Part shown: piece after piece, positions 24,001 through 36,961 of the stretch
How the letters are laid out: every line of letters begins with the position of its first letter
Position numbering within the stretch: the stretch's first letter is position 1
Assembly (NCBI GenBank): GCA_013265495.1
Contig: MU058009.1
Coordinates: 2,606,001-2,670,000 of the forward strand
Length of the DNA: 64,000 nucleotides
Reading direction: 5' to 3'
Origin: Vicugna vicugna
Taxonomy: Eukaryota
Position numbers and translations under genes: made by a program
Notes under the pieces: generated by a model
What the model was told of the DNA's origin: nothing
The model's database searches: none
What the model saw: only the letters and a program-made list of their open reading frames with translations

Positions 24001-24597
24001 AAATGAATTTAGGTCAGTGATTATCAGCTCTGGAGGCACACTAGTATCATCTAACTTTTACAGGACACAGATTGCCCTCACTCCCATTCAGACAGATTAC
24101 ATCAAGGTCTTTGGAGGAGAGAGTGTCAAGCATTAGTGTTTCTTAGAAGCTCCTCTAGTGATTCAAATTTATCATGAGATTGAGAGCCTCTGATTTAGAT
24201 TTACATACATACTCTCTTTGTTAGTCTTCATGCATCTTGTATCTGACATTCTTTTTCTGATAGTTTTTTATCTTCCAAAATATATTTTAGAATTCTCTTA
24301 AGCTTGGCTGGTGACATATTCTTTCATCAAGTATCTGTTTCAGTGACATTCTTGCAAGTTCATTGAAAATATTTCTTTCATCATTTTAAAGATTTTATTC
24401 TTTATTCTATTCCTGGTACTTAATGTTATCAATATCCTGATGTTGAATATTATCGATAGCTTACCAGAATTAACTGTCAGATTGTTACTCCTTTGAAGAT
24501 AATGTGTCCCTTATCTCTGACTACTTACAAGATATTTTTCTTTAAACTGATTTTCAGCTATTTTACTATGCACTTAGGTGTGGATTTTTAAAAAACG

Positions 24598-24875
24598 TAT
24601 AGTCCCTTGATATCCTTTGGGGGTTGGTTCCAGGACACCTTCCCTATACCAAAATCTGTGGTATTCAAGTCTTTTATATAAAATGAGCTAGTATTTGCAC
24701 ATAACCTATGAATAGCCTCCTGTGTACTTTCAGTCATCTCTAGATACTTATAATACCTAATGCAGTGTAAATGCTATGTAAATAGTTGTTGACCCACGAC
24801 AAATTCAAGTTTTGCTTTTTGGAAGTTTCTGGAATTGTTCCCCCAAGTATTTTCAGTCTCAGGATATGGAAGGCT
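24598..24875 (+). mobile_element. MER2-like Tigger (TcMar) MITE
   Basis: ggggttggttccaggacacc...accaaaatc...tcatctctagatacttataatacctaatgcagtgtaaatgctatgtaaatagttgtt. Confidence 0.8.
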
Positions 24876-27804
24876 GTCTTCTGCTCGTAGAGCTCCTGGA
24901 GTCTGTGGCTTGATGTCTTTCATCAGTTTTGGAAAATTCTCAACCATTGTCTTTAAGTATTAAAAGTATTTAAATATTGCTTCTGCCTAGTTCTCTCCTT
25001 TTTTCTGGGACTCCAGAAACTAACATCTTAGATGTTGCTATTCTGTCCTTTATGTTTTTCCATGCCTCATTTGATAGATTTTCTTCTGATCCATCTTTCT
25101 GCTTACTAATGGGTTCTTCAGCTATAGCTAATCTACTGTGAAGTCCCGTCCATTCAGTTCTTATTTTCAGTTATTGTAGTTTTCAGTTTTACAATTCAAA
25201 ATTGATTTTTTAAGTTGTTTTGAGATAACAGCTGAAATTCTCAATTTTTTTGTTTTTTGCATTTTTGAACATGGTACGTGTACTTAGTCTATGTCTGGTA
25301 ATTCCTGTAACTGGGGTCCCTGTGGGTCTTTTCCTATTGTCTGTTTCTGTTGATTATTCATGTTACGTTGTCTCCTAGTTTGTCAAATTATTTTTGTTTA
25401 TGTGCCAGACGTTGTATTTACACAAATGCTTGTAGATTAATTTGAATCCTAGGCTGATGTTGCATTCCGGAGAACGTTTGATTTGCTCCTATCTGGAATT
25501 TGAAGAACTGGCAGTCCAGAGTCTCAGTCTCTGTGAAGTCCTGCCAGAACGTCTGGATCACCCTTCTAGGTTTCAGGCTGCTTTGGGGTATCCACTCCAA
25601 ACCACAGGTGTATTTCCTTTCCCGTCTCCTTCCCGCCCGGGACTCCAGCCCCTTTCTCTTCAGTCCTTCCAGGCTGTCAAAAAGCAGACCTCAGCCACTC
25701 CCTTCAGGGTCTTCCAGCATCCCCAGAGTAAAAACCCCAGAGCAGTGTTCACCTCGTTGGGCTCTCATCCTCCCCTGAAAACTGACCTGGGAAATCTTCA
25801 CCGTCTTTTTAGATCCCTACTGCCTTTAACTAAGTGCTTTTAAACATATTTCATGTTGCTTTCTAGCTGTCTTCATCAGAAGATTTGGTCTGAATTACTT
25901 AGATGGCCATAACTGGAAATTAATTCCCTTGAAATTGGATATCTACTGGGAGTTTATGGAGACAACCTATGTGACTTCAAGTAGTTAGGGAAGAAGAGCA
26001 GTCAAGCAGGAGTGGAGTGGCAGATTCTGGTGGTGGTTGGAGTAATAATAATGATGATAATCATATTTATGGTACAATTACTATTTATAGTATTTTGCAC
26101 ATACTTATTGAAACTTACTGAATTATCTTCTGAGACAGGAACTAAGGTTTTGATGTTTTTCAGGTGTCGGAACTGGGACACGTACAGATAAAGTCACTTG
26201 ACCAAGGTCAGGTGTCAGTAAGTGATGAACTGGCTCTCCAGGTTGTGCCGAGTGGTGGAACAGATGGCCTGGGTCAGAGGCACAGAGAAAGGGTATCTCG
26301 GGTCGGCATGGGCCCACCAAAGGCTCATGGAGAAAGTCTACATTTAGGCAAAAATTTACAGTAAAAATTCTTAGTAATCAGAAAGTAAAGTGAAAACTCA
26401 TCTGAGGTTGTTTCTCGATCTTTCTCTACTACCAAACCACGGTCAGGTCATGGAATTTAGGTTGACAGTAATTGTACATTATGACCTGAATGTGTGTCAT
26501 CTCAGGAGCATGCTTCCTACTTCTTATAATCTTTCATTAAAAATGACTGTCAGATTCTAAATTGATTCTTTACAAATGATTATTACGGTGTCTTTTAGTT
26601 TGTGTCCTCTGTTAAAGAAGACATTTATGGTCATTGTGAAAAATTTAGAAAATACAGGTAAAGCTAAAACAAGCAAACAAAAAGAAAGAAATGAACTGTA
26701 ACTTGCCATTGAGGTAAATAACTTTAATTTTTCCAGTGTGTATTCTGGATATCTTTCTTTTTTGAAAGAATGAATTCCCCCTTATATGTTTATAACCTGT
26801 TTTCCTGCCTTTTGACATGCTGAATAACTTCTCAAGCCATTAAATGTTTTACAGCATCACTTTTAATTGAATTACACTTCATAATTTGGGGCTTTTTAAA
26901 CTCCCTGCATTGTTAAATGTACACTATCCACCACTCTTAGTTGCCTTCCGTACTGTGAATTTTGGAGTACTTTTGCAGCAGTATTGGAACTACAATTTCA
27001 ATATTTTGTATTGCATTTTGCCTTTATTTTGTAAGAATGAGTGAAAAAAATGGGAAACAAAAAGCATTTATTTTATTGACAAGAAGCACCTGGTTTGATG
27101 GAGTTGGTGCCTATTTGGTGCTTTCTATTCTAGGTTGAGAGTCTTTGAACTGAGGTGAACACCCAGTGGGCTCAATTATGTAGGAAAAGTAAGGAATGTT
27201 TAAAAAATGCTGAAATTAAGTTTTCAAGGGTTTTTTTTCTTAAAATACTAGAAGGAGCTGAGATTCATATTAATTATTTGCTTTTTCGTGGCAGAATCCC
27301 CCCAAATAATGTGCATGTCTTTGAGCTTGCCGGTCTTTCCAGGAATGTATTAGACATAAAACAAGAGTTTCTTACTCTACTTTTTGTTTAATTCGTCCCT
27401 TTATAATTGGGTATTTACATTTCTGATTTTTTCCTAATGCAAACAATATGCAATAGATACCTCTTTTTTGTATCTCAAATTGACATTTAAAAGAACCTTT
27501 GGGTATAACTTGTTCTTAAGTTGAAGACTTTCCGTGGTAACTGGCTCATCTCAGGTTCTTCATAGTCACATTGTTAGCTCATGTTTATTAAGCTGCTGTC
27601 TGCAGGGCACTGCAGAGCACTAACATCACCGCTGAAGGCAAGGAGATAAACGAAAGAAGCCTTTTTAAGTGGTTGGAAAAGTGGCAGCCAACACTTCTCC
27701 AGTCTTTCAGAATAGGTTATTTTAATCTGGCTTATCTTTTAAAACTATGAGGTTTACTTCCAGATACTTTACATTGTCAGCCACACAGTTAGTGTTTTCA
27801 GTTC

Positions 27805-28960
27805 TTTTGGGTGTGACCCGGAAAGTGGAATTGCTGGATCATATGATAATTCTATGTTTAACTTTTTTTTTTGATGTTTAACCTCTTGAGAATTGCCAGT
27901 TTTCCACAGTGGCTGCAACATTTTATGTTCCCACCATCAGTGCTGTGGTTTCCAGTTTCTCCACGGCTTTGCCAACACTTGTTTCCTTGGTTTGTTTGTT
28001 TTTGTTTTTTGATAATAGCCATCTTAATGTGGGTGTGAACTAGCATCTCATTGTGGTTTTGATTTACATTTCCCTAATGATTAGTGATGTTGAGAGCCTT
28101 TTCATGTTGGCCATTTGCATGTCTTCTTTGGAGAAATGTCTGTTCAAACCTTTGATGCATTTTGAGCTGGGTTTTTGTAGTGGTTCTTGATGAGTTATAG
28201 GAGTTGTTGCTGAGTTACAGGAGTTCTTTATGAATTCTGGGTATCAATCCCTTATCAGATGTGTGATTAAAACATAAAAATTTTTATTTAGTGAAAAAAT
28301 ATGAAAATGAATATATGTGTGTATATGCATATATATGCATACTGTACTTTAAAAAACGGTTTTTTTAAAATTTTGGGGAAGTGCAATGTAGCTATTTTTT
28401 CTTTTGTTGACTGTGTTTTTGGTATCATATCTAAGAAATCATTGCCAAATCAAATGTTGTGAAGATTCTTCCTTAGGTTTTCGTCTAAGAGTTTTATCTT
28501 TTTGGTCCTTATGTTTAGATGTTTTACCCATTTTGAGTTAATTTTTGTATGTGGTTGAAGATAAGAGTCCAGCTTTATTCTTCTGCAGGTAAGTATCCAG
28601 TTTTTCCAGCCGTGTTTATTGAGAAGAGCTTCCTTTCCTGACTGAACGGCCTTGGCGCCCTTGTGGGAGGTCGTTTGAATGTATATGCAGTAGTTTATTT
28701 CTGAGCGCTCTCTGTCCGTCTTTTGTTTTATGCCCATACTGTACTGTTTTGAATACTAGCTTTGTAGTAAGTTTTGCAATCAGGAAGGGTGAGTCTTCCA
28801 ACTTTCTTTCTCAGGATTGTCCAATTCTGTATACATTTTAGGATTTTTTTCCCCTGCAAAAAACACTTTTATGGGGATAGCATTGAATTAGCAGATTTCT
28901 TTGAGTAGTACTGTCCCCTTAACAACATGAAGTATTCCAATCCTCGTATACCACAGATCT
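27805..28960 (-). mobile_element. L1 ORF2 3' region relic
   Basis: Minus ORF 28450-28737 (KGAKAVQSGKEALLNKHGWKNWILTCRRIKLDSYLQPHTKINSKWVKHLNIR) resembles the L1 ORF2p C-terminus; disrupted by stops and frameshifts. Confidence 0.88.
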
Positions 28961-29880
28961 TTAAGTTATTATAATCAAATTTATTATAATTGACAATATG
29001 ATTAGTTTTATACTGTGACTTCTGGATGTTAAGTGTTTGATGAACTGTACTTTTTTAATCCCTCCTGACTGTGACGCCTCTAGCACCTCACCTCAAGTAG
29101 AGACGGAACACCTGTAGCCTAAAGACAGAATGGGACCTACCCTAACTCCTGTTTTATCTGGCTCTCACTTTGTTGGCCTTCTTTGTATTTTAAATTCAAC
29201 TGAAGCATCACCATTTCCAAATAACATGTGTGTTTGAAGAAATTGGACATCTGGCCGCAGCAGGCCTCCTTTAGTTGTTAGACTCTAGTCTCCCTGCGGG
29301 AGGTCGAGTGTGAGCCGTCATTTTTGTCTCACACCCCCAGCTGCTCCTGGGACCCCTCTCATCTGTAGGCCCAGAGTTTTCAACCTTTGTTGAAAAGAGG
29401 AGAAAGTTGGCTTGAAATTGCCTATTGCAGTAACTGTCTATTACTCACAGCAGATGTCAGGTGACCTGCAAGCCACATTTCACGGCAGAATCTTCGCTGA
29501 TTGGCTGGTTGCACTCTGCCCGGCTCCCACCCTCTTTGAAGAGGATTTCTCTCTTAATGCTAATGTTTTTCCTTACAGCAGCTTCTCTCTCTCTCATAGC
29601 GACTCTAAGAAAAATGATTATTTGAGGCTTGATTAGCTTCCTCAGAATCTACATTAATAAAATGTCCTGCTGGGCTGTTATTTTGAAAGATTAATCTTGC
29701 AAATTGATACAAGTCATTAAGACTGAATGTTGGTTTGTGTTGTTTTTAAACAACGGAAATAGTCAAGACAGATTAAAATCAGATTAAAATGTTTTAAGCA
29801 TTGATTTTAAAAGATTAGATGCAAAGCACAGACTCAAAGCCGGTAAGCTCCCAGCCAAGCGGAGCCATTACGTGTGGTTT

Positions 29881-29914
29881 TGTGTGTGTGTGTGTGTGTG
29901 TCTGTGTGTGTGTG
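29881..29914. repeat. (TG)n microsatellite with one TC interruption
   Basis: (TG)10 TC (TG)6, read directly. Confidence 0.95.
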
Positions 29915-32900
29915 GTGAGTAAGAAGGGAACTTGTCGCAGAATGGTGGGTTGTAGGTCTAGTGCCAATCCCTGCCAGATGAGTGGGTCCTCACTAAAATA
30001 TCCCCACGGCGATCTGATGTTAGGCAAACAGCATCTATGTCTGTCTCCAAAAAGCTGTAGAAAACAAAACAGACCATAGACTCAGTGGATTTAAGGCATC
30101 AATGTTTGCTGCAGTAAACATTAAGAAGATAATGTTATAACTGTACCACTTTCGGCATCTTTTTCATTTGGTAATTTGTGAAGATAAGTATCTTTTGGAT
30201 GTCACATCAGTGCCACATCTGTATTTGGAACATTTTGGAGTTTTATGGGAGAAAATGTTTGGAAGAAAGCAAAGAGATGAAGAATTGATCACAGAGAGAG
30301 TGTCCTGTGCAAATATCAGACATCAGCGACATCATTTTGTACCAGCATAGGTAGAGTTCATTGTTGGCCAGGCTGAAATATTATCACATTAAATATTACT
30401 AAGAGCGAGATGTGGCTTTTGTGATGTGTGTCACTGTTAGTCTCGCATGCGTTTGGAAATGTTTGAAACCAGCTTTTTTCCTAGGGTAAAGAATTCATTT
30501 TAACCTAATATGGACACTTGTTTCATCCTGGCATCAGGCATTAGAAATGGCAGAAATTCTTCCATGGAGCTCCTGAACTGTTCCCACCGCGGGTGAAGGA
30601 GGGTCATTCTGATAACGCCCGTGTGGACTGCCCAGCCTTGGCTTGGGTCTAAGCTATCAGGTAGTATTGGGCCTAAGGAGCTGCTCAGGTCACCAGATTT
30701 GAAGGCTTCAAGGTGCAGTAGTCCTGATGACTCTGTAAGGCTGGAAGGAAAACATGGAGGGGTTTCTGTAGACAGTGTGTGCTGCACGTGCTCTCGTGTC
30801 TGGTGAAAATTACCTAGGTGCTCAAATACTCAGGAGACCTTTTTTTTTTTGGTAAGGATGCTGCATGACGGCAGAAATCATTTTCTCCCTGTGGTGCTTG
30901 GGTTGATGATGTTGAGAGGCTGATCTAACTACGACTAAGGACGTGTAAGCTCTTTACTTTTAGGAGAGCTGGTTGTTTGTAAACTGGTTTGCTTGTTGGT
31001 GTCCTCAATCCATATCAGTTCTCACAGGGTGAATTTTTAAGAATTGTTGAATTTGGGTGTGTGTACACATGCACACATACATATATGTGTGTGTATATGT
31101 TTACATATATATGGTTGTGAGTTGTAATGACATATTAAAGAATGGAGACTATTTGGGGTTTTTTAACTGTCTGGGAATGCATGACATAATTTTGCAGAGT
31201 GGTGGTTATTTTTTTTTCATTCAAAATATAATAGTTTGGAATTTGCTGACGGTCGCTATGCTCTCAATCTGCCTTTTATTGATTTGCTTTTATGGGGTGT
31301 CTGAACTTAAATTAAAATGGCAAGCTGTTACATGAAGTAATTGATTAAGCTTGGTTGGGCAGTTTCTGTAAATCGTCACAGAATGGAGTTGTTAGCACAA
31401 GGGAAGGGTGGTTTAATTGCTCCAGGAGAAAAAAATGATAAAATGGATTTTTTTAAAGAAAGTGTTTGGGGAAGGCTTTCTGTACTGGTATGGAAACAGC
31501 ACAGGGTTTTCTGGAAAAGGTAGCTGAAATTGGGAGTGAGAGAGCGCTGGACAGACATTTTTGGGAAAATGCCTGCCTCCGTGGTGGACATGATTGAGGC
31601 CTTCATATTTAGTGAATTGGCAGTGGGAGTCATCCAGGCATGTAAACTTGAAGGAAATAATAAGATTCTTAGAGCGACAAAAGATACTCATGCTTGCTCC
31701 GGCGAAGTTTTCAAGGAAAAGAGAGGTCATCTTCTCTCTGTACTTTACTAGATGTGAATATAAGATGCCTCAGCTACTTTGCTCCACAGTGGAAACAGTC
31801 CAAAGTAACTTTTATGATCAAGATACTTAAGTTAATGAAAACATTTGCGTTCTTTTTACTCTCTATATTTGCTCAGGAATAGACTACCACTTTATAATAT
31901 TATACCTATAGAAAACAGAGGTACCATCATTGTACCTTTTATTGTGGCTTAACTTTTAGCTGCCCTGTCGGGACCAGTCGGCCTGTGAGTTGGGCATCTC
32001 CCATATGACAGAGTTTGGGAATCTTCCCTTCTTTATTAGGATTATTCTGTTTGCATGGTCTCCCCTACCAGCCGAGCCTCCCTGCAGGTGAGAGCTTGTG
32101 ACTCTTTCCTTGTGCTGTCTGTCTCTGGAGCCTGCTTTTACAAGGCCCTTACAGATGTTTATTGACTTTTCAGAAATAATTGAGTCAGCAATTCCTGTGT
32201 GATATGAACACCATGTCATGCATATGCTGTCTGTTCTGGCCTTTTTTTTTTTTTTTTTAATCTTTGAAAGACCTTTGGATTTTGTTCTGTGGTTGTTAGA
32301 AACTTGGGAGAAGGTTTTATTTTGTTTGTTTTTGTTTTGTCTGTCAAAGAAATCACAGTTCTCTTAATATTTGTGGATCTCAAGAGTTGCGGAACGGAGG
32401 CATGGCGTTGTCCACCCCCTCCTCCACCCTCCGTTGGATAAAATGAGAACTTTGGCTCTTGGCACTGCTTAGCCCACTTACATAACCCACTCCAAATCCC
32501 CTTTAAGAAGAAATGTCTCAAGGTCCTTCTTCCTGTCTAACTCCTGTTCATTATTTTGCTTGTAACCACTGTCACTTTTGAACGAGCCTGGCCTTTTCAG
32601 AGAACCTTTGTGGCTCTTACCCATTTAACTCTTGGCGGCTGGGGGTGGGGGTGGTTCTCCTGGAGCCAGCCGAGTACCCCGTTCTTGTACCTACCAGAAG
32701 CCCTGCTAGCTTTCATAATGGAAGGAAGGAAAGTGCATTTAAATGGAATTCCACAGGTGAATAAAAAAAGTCACCAGGCCACGCCTTCCCTAGCACAGTG
32801 TTAGCTGAACGTTTAGCACAATGCTGTCCAGTAGAAAGAAGTGCAGGCCACATAGGAAATGTAAAGTTTTCTAGTTGACTATTTTTTTTAAAGCAAAAAA

Positions 32901-33527
32901 TAGGTGAAGTAAGTTTTAACAATGTATTTTATTTAACTCAGTATATCTGAGATGCCGTCGTTTCGTGTGTAACCTGGACGAGTGCAGAGGCACCCTAACT
33001 GATCTCCTTGTCTCCACCTAATCTTGCCAGATTAGACCTTCCCACGTTCTGAAGTACGCCTGGCGAGGCCATCCTCATGCTGGAAGACAGCCCCAGCACA
33101 TGCCGCTGGAGAAGGGGTTCTGGAGCCAGGTCTCCACTCCCTGCAGCTGCTCCTCCTCCAGGCTGAGTCCTGTGCCTGCCCCGCTGTAGCGCATCTCAGA
33201 TCACTGCATGCTGGTCCTGCCTCCTCACCTCTAACCCAGAGATTATGTTTCCCACTTTTTTTTAAAATTATTGAAGTATAGTCAGTTTATAATTTTGTAT
33301 CAGTTTCTGGTGTAACAGTGATTATATTTTTAGCTTTTTATTGTAGGAGTTACAAACATATCCAGACAGAGCAAATAACCACATTAACCCTCACGTGCCT
33401 GGTGCCTGGCTGCAGGGCTGGTCGTTAGTGGCCTCTCATGCACACTGTGGTCCTGGCTTCCCTGTGTCGGCATCCTGTTCCGACGGTGAGCTCTCCGAGT
33501 CCGTACACTCAGTCTGATCAGTTCACC

Positions 33528-33965
33528 CAGTGTATTCATTCAGGCTGTAGCAAGTACCACGGACTGAGTGGCTTCAACAGCAGAGACTTACTGTCTCCCT
33601 GTTCTGGTGGCTAGAAGCTTAAGATCAAGGTGTGGGTGGGGCCACACTCCCTCTGAAGGTGCCGAGGCAAGATCTGGCCCAGGTCTCTCTTGGCTTCTGA
33701 TTAGTCCTCGGCTGTGGGCACCCACGTCTGGTCTTCGTGTGGCATTCTCCCTGGGCCTGTGTGCTGTCTCTCCACACTCCCTCTTGTCATAAGGGCGCCA
33801 GTCATATGAGATTAGGAGCCCACCCACCTCCAGAATGACCTCATTTAATTCATTATGTCTGGAACCATCTTATTTCTAAGTAAGGCCACATTTGGAGGTC
33901 GTAGGGGTTAGGTCTTCACCATATGTACTGGGAGAGGGAGACAGACACAGTTCAATCCACAACAC
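33528..33965. mobile_element. MaLR LTR (MLT1B/C-like solo LTR)
   Basis: aagtaccacggactgagtggcttcaacagcagag...gattaggagcccaccc...gacctcatttaa...acacagttcaatccacaaca. Confidence 0.8.
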
Positions 33966-34089
33966 CAGTGACTAGCATGGTGACTGTAATGTAACTGTAA
34001 GTGATCAAATGAGGTAATCTGAAGAAAGCATCAGAATTGTATTTTCTTAACAGGCATGATTTAAATAATCAAAATAGATGCTTGAAAAC

Positions 34090-34355
34090 CCAGAAAACAA
34101 ATTTATGGTTACCAAAGGGGAAAGGGGAGGAGGGATAAATTAGGAGTTTGGGATTAACAGATACACACTACTATCTATAAAGCAGATAAACAACGAGGAC
34201 CTGCCATATAGCACAGGGAACTATATTCAGTATCCTGTAAGAAACAATAGTGGAAAAGAATCTGAAAAAAGAATATGTATATGTATAACTGAATCACTGT
34301 GCTGTGCACCAAAAACTAACACAACATTGTGAGTCAGTTATACTTCAATTAAAGA
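34090..34355 (+). mobile_element. L1 3' end
   Basis: atggttaccaaaggggaaagggg...gggataaattaggagtttgggattaacagatacacactact...tatacttcaattaaa. Confidence 0.85.
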
Positions 34356-36090
34356 AGTAATGTAAACAGGAATATTGATGTGACCAGTGGAGCAAGCAGA
34401 GGAGGGTGGATGAACATAGGTCGGGCGGTGGAAGAGTTCAGTCCTTTTCTTAATGGGAAGTTGATAATACTGGGCTGACAAGGTACGAAAGGGAGGTGTG
34501 CTGTTGAGAGATGCGGAGGCCCTGGCGGGGGGAAAGGGCGGGGAGGGCTGCTCTGCTGGGAGCCTGGCGTTGGGTGGCTTTTCAGGCTGGGCGCATGGAT
34601 TCACGTGGCAAAAGTTAAAATTAGAAAATTGAATCTTGCTGTACTGCAAGAGTTTCTTTTTTTTCCGTTTAACTTGTCATTCATTATAGATGTACTTATA
34701 TGAAGTGTTAATCATTTAGAAATTGCTGCTGAGTGATATCTCCTAATTGTTATTAGTTTAACTAAATGTCAAAAAAAAAAAAGTCTAACTAAATGTCTTG
34801 AAAAAACCAAGAGCACAGGCTTTAGATACAGAGTCACCTCCTTGGCTGTAAGGGATTATGTACTAGGTTCTTCGTGCTGTTTCCAGGTACCAGGGTTAGA
34901 GAACCTGGCGAGGCCCCTCCCCTGGAGGAACCTGCATTCTGTTGGAGGGAGATGGGCACACAGGTGAATGAGCAGGTGGTTTCAGATTGTTGGAGGGGGA
35001 AATAAAACCCCGTCCTCGGGAAGGGCCCCCAAAGGATGCACATTTGAGCCGAGTCTTGTAAGGTGAGATGTGCCAGCTCAGGGAAGAGTGGGGGCAGGAG
35101 TTGTAGGTGAGAGCCTTGAGGCAGGAGAGACCTGGCTTGCGTGGCAGAGGGTGGTGCCCAGTGCCAGGCTGGGTGATGGAGGGCGCTGGGGAGGAGGCAG
35201 GGGTCGTCAAGAGTTCAAATTTCTTGAAACACGAGAGTGACTGATGGGTTCTGCCTTGAGATGATTCAGGATGCTGTTTGTGCAGAGTGGCTCAGGGAGG
35301 GCAGAGGGGACACAGCTCCCCAGAGGCCCACCTGACCAGTTGAACAAAGCACCCCCCGTGCTTCGCCCTGTGGGGGCGTTCACACGGCTTTACATCCTTT
35401 TTGCTTATTCTTTACTTGTGTGTAGCTCTTCCTGTTGTCCTTTGTGCGTTTATTTAGCAGTTAGGTGGCTGGAACCCAGGAAGGCTAATTAATGGCTGAG
35501 ACGGCAAGCAGTAAACATACTGACTAGCAGCGCGTACTAGCTGTGTTACTTTATTTTTTTTAATTGCTGATGATTACAATAATGCACATGGGCACGGGTC
35601 CCAGACAGGAAGAATTGTCTGCAGGCAGATCTGGTGTGGGCTGATAATGCAGTCTGTATTTACTTTTGCATTTAAATGCTACATAAATCATAGGAAAGAT
35701 GCCTTTCTGACTTGCTTTGAACTTGGAGAGGGTGGAGCTCTTTCACATTTGTGTTATTTTTGCAGTTGTTTTAATGGATATTAGAAGTTAAAGTGACCTG
35801 TTACACCAAGATTGGTATATGAATATTGCTTGCACCTGCTAAAAACACCGTGGACTGTTTAGGAGACTAGCGTATGGAAATGGCCGTTTTTGTATTTTTA
35901 AATCTGCATGTCCTCTCCCTGCCTTGTGAAAGCCATCCTGGCAAACTTTAATTTTCTGTTTACAAATAAAGAAAGAGATGAGTTATTCACAGAAGAGTTT
36001 CTACCCTTTCTTGCCTTTCAGCACGGCAGAACCTTGGGAATAAAGAGCTAATCCTTTGGTTTTCATGGAATAGTAAAACTAAGAAAAATT

Positions 36091-36291
36091 AAAGTGCATG
36101 CCTAGCATGCACGAGGTCCTAGGTTCAATCCCCAATACCTCCACCAGAAGTAATAAATGAATAGATAAACCTCATAAACCCCCCACAAAAAACAAGAAAA
36201 AATTCTAGGTTCAATCCCCAATACCTCCACCAGAAGTAGTAAATGAATAGATAAATCTCATAAAACCCCCCCAAAAAACTAAGAAAAAATT
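36091..36291 (+). mobile_element. 5'-truncated Vic-1-like SINE with an 86-bp internal tandem duplication
   Basis: gcatgcctagcatgcacgaggtcctaggttcaatccccaatacctcc; units start at 36119 and 36205; flanked by aaaactaagaaaaa(a)tt. Confidence 0.85.
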
Positions 36292-36825
36292 TTAGATGTA
36301 AGGTTGTCAATTCTTAATATTATGGAAGGAATTTTTTTAAAAAACAGGCTACGCATTTACTGTTGCTGTCGTCTTGTGAAAAACTTCTTAAACCAAGAGG
36401 TAGAAAGGAGATAACCTTAGAATTCAGGACAGTCACTTCTCGAGAGGACAGCCAGCAGGTCGGCACTTTGTACATCACGTGCACACACACGCGCTCAGAT
36501 CTTTCTTGCTGGTCTGAAAACCTGTTAAAATCTTACCCCCATGAGTGTTAGGGAACCTCTGCTTCAAAACACCAGCAAAAACTGTTCTAAATATTAAAAC
36601 ATGGATGTTTTCAGCTGTGTGGATCTGTCTTTTTTTTTTTTCTTTCTTCCTCCTGGACACTGTGTTAAAGGAAAAGAGATGCAGTGAAATCAGTTCAGAT
36701 CTCACATTGGCTGTTCACGTTGGGGGTGTGACATCGCGAAGTCAGAGCATTTCAGCCAAAGCTGACGTGTTGGATAGTTTCCCAAATTAACTTTGGTAAA
36801 ATCACTAAGTTAAGTATTTCTTTTC

Positions 36826-36961
36826 TTTTTAAATTTTTTTGGTGGGGGAGGTAATTAAGTTTATTTACTTAATTAGTTTTTTAATGGAAGTACTGGGACT
36901 TAAACCTAGGACCTCGTGCATGCTAAGCATGTGCTCTACCACTTGAGCTGTACCCTCCCCC
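36826..36961 (-). mobile_element. tRNA-Ala-derived camelid-type SINE (Vic-1-like)
   Basis: ggacctcgtgcatgctaagcatgtgctctaccacttgagctgtaccctcccc; flanked by agtattt(c/a)ttttc. Confidence 0.85.

Noticed and set aside
28450..28737. 95-aa minus-strand ORF with protein-like sequence
   Set aside because: Fragment of a decayed L1 ORF2, not a host gene.
36119..36290. Direct repeats that could suggest a CRISPR-like array
   Set aside because: Two adjacent SINE-derived units with no spacers, in mammalian DNA.
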